NCBI GenBank assembly: GCA_976226885.1
Contig: OZ320313.1
Span: forward strand, 144,336,001 to 144,400,000
Direction of reading: 5' to 3'
Origin: Iphione sp. A-MEVVRFRX5
Taxonomy: Eukaryota
Length of the DNA stretch: 64,000 nucleotides
Part shown: piece by piece, positions 53,103 through 62,900 of the stretch
Layout of the letters: each line of letters begins with the position of its first letter
How positions within the stretch are numbered: the first letter of the stretch is position 1
The notes under the pieces: generated by a model
Database searches by the model: none
The model's input: the letters and a program-made list of their open reading frames with translations, nothing else
What the model was told of the DNA's origin: nothing
Made by a program: the position numbers and the translations under genes

Positions 53103-56100
53103 CACTACACCTCGTGTTAGCTAGGGTGAGGAGGCAGCAGGACCGGAATGTGCGCCCGGACCACATCAGAGGCCGCCGTAAGTGACACAACAGATGCGGC
53201 GGCCGGGCGCTGGTGGCTGCGGCTTACGTAGTCGGGCCCGGACGGCGCGGCATGTGCCGGGGTCGGGAATGCTATCGCGCCAGCATACGGCCGGGCCAGC
53301 AGTGCTGACAAGTTACAATTCTCACCCTCTCACCCAGCTCGTCGACAGCACCCCACACCTCGACATGTTCACAGCGCGCCTGGACGTACATCTAAGCTGG
53401 CAGCAAGTTAGGGAAGATGAGGCAAGTTGACAGCCTTCCGGAGGCACGTGAATGGGTCGGCGAATAAAATAGGAAGAGAGACCGACGAAAGTGGAAGAGA
53501 GAGAAAAAGAGAGAGAAAGAGACAGACAGACAGACAGACAGATAGACAGACATTCCCAGGGAGGGACAGAAAAGAACACAAAGTGATGAAAGAAAGAGCC
53601 GGTGGAATACGGGTACATTCAAACTGTAAGTTTTGTATCTTCGGTGTGCATGAGGGTGGGGGAATGGGCCATGGAAAGTATGGGGAAGCTGGCCTTCGGT
53701 TTGGATGGGTGGGGACCAAAATGGAAGGTGGGGTGGTGGTATAGAGGTGGGTTTCTAGGTGTCGGGCTGTGTTGTTGGCGTAGTTTGAGAGAACGGGTGA
53801 TGTCGGACAGCGGCGAGAGCAAGAGGAAGCAGACATGGAACACTAGAATGACTGACATGGCAGATGTGTGACGTGTGGAGTCCCAGAGGTGTTCGGTGTC
53901 CGGCCAGACTTCCCCTATCCGACGCCGTTGGCAGACCAAACACAACCACCAAACCCCTCCCCCCTCCCCCACCAACCACCAAATCCAAACGCGCTGCTCA
54001 TTATTAGTGCAAAATAAAAGAACAGCTTCTCAAAATGACCTCCTTTTAGTACAGTTAACGCGCTCAGGGTACTGACCTGGGGATGGCAGCAGATGAGTCA
54101 GGCCACAAATAACACAGACTGCCTGCTGCAGTGGGGGTAAGGAAGAGGAGCGATTGGGCCTGTATCTCAAACCACAAGAGAAATATCATCAATAACAGAC
54201 GAACGGGGCAGGCGGACAGGTTGTGAGATATATCTTGGAGATTGTAGGAATATTTATCCTAACAATACCCTATGTGGATTTTATGACATGACGCTGGATT
54301 AGGATTATTTATGCGACACTGGGCCATGTTTTTTTTGTAACTATCCAACACAAACTGAGACACAAACATGAAGAAACATTCCTTCTGATACGTTTACACA
54401 AAACTAGTTATTCTAATGCATAAGCAGATGGGATAATACAGGGTCACGATGAATATCACTCAACAACCTACACGCACGCCCCCACACTAGGGATAACAAA
54501 CTGGCCCTTACCTTCTTCCCAACACCCCCACCCCCACCCACGACCCCCCCCCCAAGCAGACAATTGGCCCATTCACTCATCAATACAGCACTAAGTTACT
54601 TGTGAATCACTTGTCTGTGCATGGGCAGCAGTTGCCACTCAGTGCTGGTATTCCAGCGGTACAGGTCTCATTAATGAAGTGTTCTGGCCCACTTTGCGTC
54701 CAGCCTTTAGCTGGACATGAGCCTTTCCAAGCACAGATGGCCGCTAACACCTCCCTCTCCCTAGAGCGCTTTCAGGGCGGTCAGGCCCCCTTTCAGGGGC
54801 GAGATAGTCTAGAGGGAGCCACTGATGGTGTTATGTTTCGAACACTATGGAGAAAAAAAGAACACATAACCGAATTGAACATTCATGCTGGGTATATAAC
54901 ATCGTGGCTGCCTTGATCTCTGAGTGAACATGTTTATCACCTGGCGCTGAACAATCGCCGGACACCCACCACCCCCCACCCCCCACCCAACCACCTCATG
55001 GTCGGCTACCGATGCTTCCTGTTCCGGCGACCCGCCCCTTCCTCGGAGCAGTCATGTTTAATTCATAGGTATTGGTTTTAAAACATTGTGATCGCAGGCC
55101 CCCGGTGGATTGCTGGTCCGCCTGTCCACGCAGATCCGCCAGCACTGCCTGGTTCGGTTTTGTTCTCAGTGGGCACAGTGGTGACTGACTGCTAGGTAGT
55201 GGTCTTGGGAAGTAATGGGTGGAGGATAGGGGGAGGGCATGTTGTTGGTGGCCGGCTTTTGAGGGAGTGGGGGAGGGAAGTAGAGGTAGAATAGTGACCG
55301 ACTATGGCCGATTGAGGGACTATTGGTAGGCATGGGAGGAGCAGGAGGAGGTGCCCGTTGTGGGTAGGAGGTGCGGTGAACGATGGGTTTAGAGGGGGGA
55401 CCCTATATCAAGTCCTCCATCGGCCCTATCGGCCCGCGAGGCCGCCGGAGCCAAGTATGGGCGCGGCGGCCGTGCCGGACCGTTGGGAGACCGCCAAGGG
55501 CCCGGCCTAAGTCGCGCCACGGTCCGCTTCGCGTCATAAACAAAGCGGAGGTCATCTGATCGGCGGCCTGCCACATCCAGCGCTCGGTGTCACACCGGTA
55601 CAAAGCTTTAAATCAAAGTCACAATAGACCTGCTACCAAAAGACACCTCCTGAAAAGGCCCCACCAACTCTCTGCCTGGGCGCAGTGTGGGGCTTACTGC
55701 CCCATACAGTTTTGATAGACTTGGAAATGTCCCTGCTCTTTTTTTTGCTCCCAACCCTGCGTGAATAAAATAAGACATTCATTATATCAAAGCGGTCTAA
55801 ATATTCTCTTACATAGACGAAACATACCGCAAAGCCCCCACCCCGCCGGTATCTGTGCGTTTTCATAAATAATTTCCCTCTTTTCTGTATGGCTCCCATA
55901 AAAATCTCAATCTGTTTTGCTTTTGCTACAGTCTGTTGGTGGCTGTTCAGACCGCCCGGCTTGCAAGGCAGACAGGCAGTCAGGCAAGAGGAGGGGAGGG
56001 TGAGCCGGTCGGCTCTGGCTCTGGCGGCTGGTAGTGGCGCGGTGGTGGTAGTAGTCGGAGATCTGATTTATTTGCCGGCGCTTCTCCGTGCCGGTGGCGG

Positions 56101-56565
56101 CCGCGCGCCGCACCGTAATGACTGATTGCTCGACGTGTGCGGCATCTTTCCGGCCCGGTACGTGGCCACTGGAGCTTAGCGGCGGCGGCGGCGGGCGGCC
56201 GTGCAGGAGGAGAAGGAGGAGAGGATCCACGTACTCGCACTGCAGCCGAGAAGACGTCAGGAGACGGCCGCTGGAGTCCATGGAATGGTACCATAGGTTC
56301 GCAGCGATGGGAGGGGAGGGGGAAGGAGATGAGGCGGGGGTGAACTGCTGCCAGGACATAACGCCAACAGCACGCGTGGCCACCCGCGTGCAAAAGTACA
56401 CGTGTATAATCACTGGTTCAAATAGCACAATGGTATGTATTTGGACAGGTTCTATTATGAGGAAGAAAGGGGATCATTTGGACATTCAGTAAGAGTAAAG
56501 CAGTAAAAAAAGAAAACGTGAATCTAGTAAGATGAAAGCAGTGTGCATGTCTGTTTACGTGAGAC

Positions 56566-56652
<87 letters not shown>

Positions 56653-58267
56653 GACAGAAACAGACAGACACAGAGGAGAGGGGGCAGAAAGTGATAGAGA
56701 GAAAAAGAGAGGGAGAGAGGGGGCAGAGAAGGGGGATCCTGTTTAGTATATAAGCCTGACGTTCAACCTCTCCGACAGGCCCTTCCTTATTCCCATGGCT
56801 CATCTAAAGTTGTTGTCTTTCAAATTCTACAGCTGACGGGCGAACCCCCAACCCCCTCCTCCCCACCACCTTCCGTTTTGTGAGAGTTTCGATCGATGTG
56901 AATCAGTGCGGGCGCCGCGAGTGAGTCACTGTAACTTAACTCTGCGCTCCACCGGTGACAACTTGAAGCGTTGTTTGATTTGACTCCCACTCACCCCACC
57001 CCCACCCATCTCAAACCCATGCCCTCCCCTGCCCTCATCATAGCCATTGCTTCTAGAAAATCATAAGGCATGTTTCTATCATTAACGGTGTTGGTTCGCA
57101 AAGGGAGCATGCTCAGGGGAAGCACCTATTAGGGTCTGGGGTGAGAGCCACTTGATGCACATATAGTAGCGACTTTATTATAGATCTTCTCACTGCGAAA
57201 AGTTCACAGACCAATTCTTCCTTGTCTATGTCTCTCCTACTCCCGTTTCCATCAATCAGCACCATCTGGTCTTGACTAAAATACTACTGTAATGGAATTC
57301 TATCTTCTATTCTACGTTTTGTGCCCTTGTTTCGAAGTTTTCATGGCCTTTGGGGTCGAGGGTGGGCTTTTTTCTCTGTTGAGCCCTCCAACATATTTTT
57401 CATGTTTCTAACTTGCGAATGTGAGTGTAGATGGCGTGCAGAATGCCTGCCTCAATCGACGTGTTAGCCTCACGTCTAGTTCCCGGTCGCTTGGCAGGAG
57501 GTTTCACAGGTCTACCTCTGGAGCAACTCCACCACAAGTGGCAGTGACAGAAGCCCTGAGCACGTGAGCAGCTCAGTTGTGCTCATCTCACCCATTTCTC
57601 CAACCCCAATTATTCGCTATACAGTACACCTGACACACTGGCGTCAATAGATACATCTATCGCCCTACCTACATTCATTAAAAAGTGAAACTAATCAAAA
57701 GGTGATCTAAGGACACTCAGCGAAAGTTATTTGCAAAACGAATAAACATGATATATGTATAAAGTACAACCACTTACCTTTCGATATAGGACTATCGATT
57801 TAACAGAAATCCACAATGTAATACACGAGTCCGTGATTTTTGGATAAAAAATAATTACTGATTTAAAATTTCCATTGAAAGATTTCTTAATGTGTCGAAA
57901 TAGTTACATCTTTACCCCCAAAAAATGCACGCCTGAATCAAAATACTCTCAAGACCATATCCGACCTAGTCTGCACTAAAAGAAAACGTAAGGAGGGGTC
58001 ATTCATTGGTCCCATACTTACGTATTTAAACATATCATTTTAAAAAGGTTTCCCCTCACTGCAACCCATGGAATACACATTTCCATGGTTCTCGTACCTG
58101 AAAAAGTCTTCCCTGCAGTAGAGCTTCCCGTCGCGAGAGAAGCATTTGTCGGTAAGGTTGGCCTTGCAATCGAAGCAGGTGACACACTTGGCGTGCCAGG
58201 CCCGGTCGAGTACGTTGAGCAGGAAGCGGTCGAGAATGGGCCGGTCACACCCGGCACAGACGACCAT
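25699..58267 (-). CDS. lhx1/5: LIM-homeodomain transcription factor Lhx1/5 (Lim1/5), 3'-partial spliced CDS: join(58267..58098, 50817..50615, 26273..25699), 316 aa
   Basis: The spliced translation [28 protein letters not shown]...[37 protein letters not shown]...[19 protein letters not shown]...[47 protein letters not shown] has two LIM domains and a homeodomain closely matching vertebrate Lhx1/Lhx5. Exon lengths of 170+203+575 = 948 nt keep the frame, with matching intron phases (2, 1, 0) and GT-AG ends. Confidence 0.97.
28015..28049. repeat. Degenerate (ACC)n trinucleotide repeat
   Basis: taccattaccaccaccatcaccactaccaccacca. Confidence 0.8.
31975..32122. other. Assembly gap (148 N)
   Basis: Run of N characters. 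Confidence 1.
39049..39064 (+). promoter_or_regulatory. CTCF-like motif
   Basis: CCACAAGGGGGCGCCA differs from the core CCACCAGGGGGCGC at one position. Confidence 0.4.
44511..44546. repeat. (AC)10 followed by (AACC)4 microsatellite
   Basis: Directly visible. Confidence 0.95.
46515..46538 (+). repeat. (GGGT)6 repeat, G-quadruplex-forming motif
   Basis: gggtgggtgggtgggtgggtgggt; G3 runs with single-T loops are an established strong G4 motif. Confidence 0.9.
50615..50817 (-). CDS. lhx1/5: Lhx1/5 coding exon 2 (LIM domain 2)
   Basis: Acceptor tttgttcttttcag|ACGATTC completes the split Arg codon AG+A. Encodes RFGTKCGGC...[41 protein letters not shown]. Donor CAAG|gtaagc, phase 1. Confidence 0.97.
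53013..53099. repeat. Long interrupted (CT)n microsatellite (about 43 units)
   Basis: Directly visible. Confidence 0.97.
53494..53552. repeat. (GA)n/(GACA)n compound tract
   Basis: Directly visible. Confidence 0.85.
56569..56670. repeat. About (GA)27 followed by (GACA)n compound microsatellite
   Basis: Directly visible. Confidence 0.97.
57741..58079. promoter_or_regulatory. Candidate FoxH1/Nodal-response element at the 5' end of intron 1
   Basis: Co-oriented AATAAACA (57741), AATCCACA (57808), AATACACg (57820, near match) and AATACACA (58072) match the FoxH1 consensus AAT(A/C)(A/C)ACA. Confidence 0.45.
58098..58267 (-). CDS. lhx1/5: Lhx1/5 coding exon 1 (start codon and LIM domain 1)
   Basis: ATG at 58267 in strong Kozak context (AAGAAGATGG). 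Encodes a LIM zinc-finger pattern (CAGC...[11 protein letters not shown]...LYCREDFF). Donor TTCAG|gtacga, phase 2. Confidence 0.97.
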
Positions 58268-58841
58268 CTTCTTGTGTACAGCCGTCTTGCCGGCCGGGTA
58301 GGCGAGTAGCACAATGGTGAGGCCTTAGCGGGCGGGCACCGCACGGGGCGCCGGCGACGATCGGAGGAACGGAGGCGGGCCAAAGGGGCGGGCGGGCGAG
58401 CTGTGCGGCCGCCGACCGATGGGCTGAAGTGCTTCTGGAGACTTGTGGCTGCGGCCGCGGCGACAGGCGACGGGCGCAGTGGTGACAATGGAGGAGAGGT
58501 GCGAGTCAAGGAGAATACTAACAGCGAGAATGACAAACTCAAGTAGGGGCCCTGACCGACGGACAAGGGCAGGGCGTGGGGAGGCGGATGCCGCGAGCGG
58601 CAGTGGCAGGTGGCGCGGAGCGACGCCCCAGCCGCGCGCGCGGTCACACGGCCCGCGGCGCAGCGGCGGCGACGTCTGACACAGGAGGCTGAGAGGGTCG
58701 GCAGGTGTTTTCTTACCTTCTGCACGCCGCTCTCCCCTAAATACTCTCTGGTAGTGTCAGTTCTAGGCCTCTTCCTTATTGCCAAGTAGGTGGTTGGAGG
58801 CACTTACCAGTGGCGGGCTAGAACTACGAGTCGAGCAAAGT
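58268..58841 (-). promoter_or_regulatory. GC/CpG-rich 5' UTR and proximal promoter region of Lhx1/5
   Basis: Very GC- and CpG-rich with several GGGCGG boxes (e.g. 58386-58397). No minus-strand ATG occurs in 574 nt upstream of the start codon, as expected for a purged 5' UTR. Confidence 0.7.
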
Positions 58842-59892
58842 CATCGTGTTGTGTTCCGACAACCGGACACAAAACTTTGATTCTTGTTGAGTGTCAGCAC
58901 TCCCGAGGTGTCTTCAAAAGCCCAGATGTCAATGGCAGTGCACAAACCTGAAGTGTACTTATACACAGACTTACGTAGCACGTCAGTATATCGTCTTGTA
59001 TGGAGTTCGGAGTAAAACCCTAGATGCTGTGACGGGCGAGCGAGGTCGATACACTGAAGTATAACACTTGGTCCTGAACGGTGGCAGTGAAACACTTTGA
59101 ATAGAGGTTGAAGACCGGCAGTGGACAGGCAGTTGACTGGGCTGAGGGGGTGCTGCCACGGTATCAAAACAAAGCGCCCATCCACCAGACTGTCGAGGTC
59201 GGTAACGCCGTCCTCGCCGTCCCTGTAGTTGTACCTACTGTTTTTCGTCCGTTTCAGGTCCGCTCTCTCTCACGCAGTGCTGACGGTGACAGAAGTGGTG
59301 GTGGTGGTGGTGAGAAGGCAAGGAGCGGCCAGGTCCGTCCCCCACATAGCTCAGTGGTGTTTAGGTCGTCACTGGCGCCACCTGGTTCACTCCGCCGACG
59401 ATACACTGGCGCTGGCAGCGGCCTGTAGGCTGTGGGCGGCGTGGGCTGAGCACTATACACAACACTGTGGCTTGAATGAGTGGGTCAAAACTTTTGGGAA
59501 GCTCGGGCGCGATTCCCAACCACTGTTAAAACAATTCCAATATTGGCGAGCTATCGCACGTATCCTCCACTGAGTGCCAGACAGTTGGGTCCGTCTCCAG
59601 CGCAGTGGGGTTTTCCAAACGTTTCAAGATATCCCCCAACCCTGTTCAAAGAAACTGTTCACACAGAATGTCAGATTGGTTCTATATGCGTACACTTATA
59701 CGCTGTCTGTTTTGCTGGTGGTGTTTTTTTTCTTCCTCAGCGTAGACTGTCAGACCAAGCGCGGGACAACCGCACAGCACGCCGGACAGCGTGTAAATGC
59801 AGCTCCCACCGTCACGGCTCTGGGTCTTGCCGCCCTGGCTGGGGGCGTGGCCTACAGTTGTCAATCAAAACTCCCTACACGCTATGGCAACG

Positions 59893-59909
59893 CTCTCTCT
59901 CCCTCTCAC

Positions 59910-59957
<48 letters not shown>
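59893..59957. repeat. Interrupted (CT)n microsatellite upstream of Lhx1/5
   Basis: Directly visible. Confidence 0.95.
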
Positions 59958-59960
<3 letters not shown>

Positions 59961-62900
59961 CTTTCTATGACTGTACTGTTCGTTTGTACCAGGAGGAGGT
60001 CTTTGTGGATCCAAAGAGGCGACTACTGCAGTAAAGCTTGACCTTCTCCTTCAGCATAAAAGACGTTGCCGGATCATAAGGGTTGGAGCGTGTCTGCGAA
60101 CAGTTTTCTTTTGTGGAATTCGAGCGTTAGCGCGGAGCGACTTGATGTGTGCAGCGGAGGATTGACACGTAGCACTCACTCTAGTAACAAAAAGAAAGGG
60201 TAAAGGGATTGGGCTTTCTCTCTAACTTTTGCGCGCTTGTATGTTGGCTCGAAACTGTTACATCTTTTCCTATTCATCGAGGCGTAAGGGCGGGTTGTAC
60301 GTCGCTCGGCACGACCGTTGTACTTGGTCAGCGACCAAGCCGCTTAAAGCGTTGGCTCGTACTCGAGGAGCCCCAATGCTGAGAACTTTCAAAGAAGCAG
60401 GCGTCTTGGTCACTGCTGACGGGCTCTTGCCGCGCTTAATCCCCGGCGCGTGAGCGCGGGTGGCGTCGGTGCAAATGCGATTTGGCCATCGCCGAGCGAG
60501 TCACAGGCGACAGCGTTGTATACCGCGGTCACTGCAGCTGGCCGCCGGGGCGCCCGCCCCAACCAGGGGCCATGCAGTCGTCCGCGCGGGCCACCATGGA
60601 GCCGGGTGAAAGTTGAGCACCTGTAAGCTCCACTCCAGGCGTTGCAGTCTACTGCTAGAGAGCCACTCCTATACTTCTGCACGTCTCTCCCTTTGGCGTC
60701 AGCTGATGTGATCAATACGTTCTGTTTGTTCTTCGACAATCGCGCGTGGTTCCTCGACAGCCAACGGTATACCAGAAGGCATTATTCAGTTACATACAAA
60801 ATTGTTTTTTTCCGCATTTAAATTAACCATAGAGAAATGTAACGGTCTCAGCTCCGAAATCACCACTCACACAGGAACAACACTGCTCCTTATTATTAGT
60901 CTGCCCTAGTCCATTTTATATTGTTCTCTCTTTGTTTTCTCAACACCAGTGGGTGATAATACGCTTCGCCTCCATGGAGAGTCCTGTATACATGTAGATG
61001 TGCAATGTGCATTTATAGGATTGGCCAAGATAACGACAATTTTAAAAAGTGATGTTTTCTCATCGCTAGAATGATCTATAGTGCATAAGGATGAAAAGTG
61101 AAGAGCTTAGGAAAAACCAAGGGGTGTCCGCATTTGAGGAACCGAATTTGGTGAATAATGTTTGAATGCTTTTATGACAGTACACGTGTCAAACATCAGA
61201 AAGGTTATTCCAACCTTGTCAATACAAGAAGTTCAAGTATTTATATATACATGAAACGCTCTTCAGATGAAAATCGTTGAAGCATGTGTACTCATTGCTT
61301 CCATAGAATTAAGACATGCATCTGATTTATATCACCAGGTGGAAATAGTGCTTTAGCATAGAGTACACATGCAGTAGGTCTATCGTGGTGTTTGGCAATA
61401 TGAACGCAGAACAGTAAAACGTGATTACATGTACATGTATATAGACCCTCTGTATCACGTTTGTGCGAATGCTGTGTGCTGTACATAATTTCTTTTCTAT
61501 GTGCACGTATCACCAAGACCAGAATTTAGGACAGTTTTAAACAATAAGACAAATACTGAACTAGTTGAATTGAATGTCACAATGTGGTGGCCACCAGAAA
61601 TCAAGACAGTGTCATTCAGAATTATTTTTAAATGTCTACATTTGGATACCTAACTGTATGTGTCAATTTATGTTGATTATGCTGATTGTTCAATACGTAT
61701 GTGTTTGGACCAAGAAGATGAGGACGGATTGATGTCGTCAGTGATAGACCGAAACGTTGTTTGAATCTTAACGGCTTACAGGATAGCAGATTTTGTTGTT
61801 AACTGAGGAGGCTATTCTCTCGTTCTCTTTCTGATGATCAGCCCAAGTCACCCTCTACCCCGCTCCTCCTTCTTAAGCTCGGCTCCGCCCACCTCACAGC
61901 CCTCTAGCCGCCTACCGTCCATGAGGCTATGCTCTCACCAACGCGACTCCTAGTGAGCTTTGCTGGTACCAAAAGTTTGGGTTACTTGTATAATCAGCTG
62001 TTTATTGGCTGTTTCGAGCAGATAAGTTAGCAAGAATAAATATGTAATGGAAATTGAATTTCATGTAAGGGATAAGGTTACACATTTACATGTAACTACC
62101 CTAACACTGGGATTGGTTGATATTACATGACAAATGGAATGTAACTACATGTATTACGATTTCACTCCACTGTGTACCATTTGAAAGGGCATGATGTAAT
62201 TTGGTGTTTGTTCAAAATAATAGTGTCCACGAGGTCTAGACTTTTTGAAAATGTATCCAGTAGCGGAAACAAGTAACAAGGCTCAAATACGTTCATGTAT
62301 TGTTTGCCTTGGGAATAACACATACATACGAATTTCTCTCTTGTACATACATGTATGAATGTATTGAGCTGACTAGGCACCTTACCAAAATATCATCACA
62401 GGCAATGTGCAATATTCCCCATTTTTATATTTATTTCAACTTTAAACACTAATTATCTTGTCTCGGTAAAATAATTACTGATAATAGAGAATCTGCTGAT
62501 ATGTAAAATGGACTAAATATTGAACCCTGTTCAATAATCTTCATATGTAAGGCTCAAGCCCACCAAATTCCACAAGTAAATAAACGTTTAAAAATCTATG
62601 TTCTTGTTTCGGTGCTTGATGGAAGTATTTGTCGGAATAGACCTATGGTTTTCTGTAACTTTATCTACTAAAGTATATGAAAAGGAACATGTAATACTCA
62701 GACGACCAGCAGTACACTAAAACATGTTTAAATAAAGATGTACATGTATGTGCATATGTCTACCCGTCCACATGCATGTACATTTACACACTAACTATTA
62801 GCACACAGTTGATTAGGTCTTAAATACACCAATAATGACAGAAAATACATGTAAGATGTCAGACTTTATAAAATGTAATATTATTTATATCAAATGTAAA

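Larger units (their letters stand above)
50818..58097 (-). other. Lhx1/5 intron 1 (7,280 nt)
   Basis: Bounded by GT (58097-58096) and AG (50819-50818) between exons 1 and 2. Confidence 0.95.

Noticed and set aside
58268-58312. GTG-initiated 15-aa N-terminal extension ([15 protein letters not shown])
   Set aside because: The ORF-finder start is GTG. The ATG at 58267 has optimal Kozak context and matches the vertebrate N-terminus (MV-CAGC); there is no evidence for non-AUG use.
58018-58803. 261-aa minus-strand ORF over the promoter and exon 1
   Set aside because: TTG/GTG-type start, Arg/Pro/Ser-rich translation of GC-rich UTR in an alternative frame; no domain.
59773-59793. NRSE/RE1-like sequence CACAGCACGCCGGACAGCGTG upstream of the gene
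   Set aside because: Mismatches at core positions (TCAGCACC appears as ACAGCACG; terminal CC lost). The REST system is mainly documented in vertebrates. A PWM scan would be needed.
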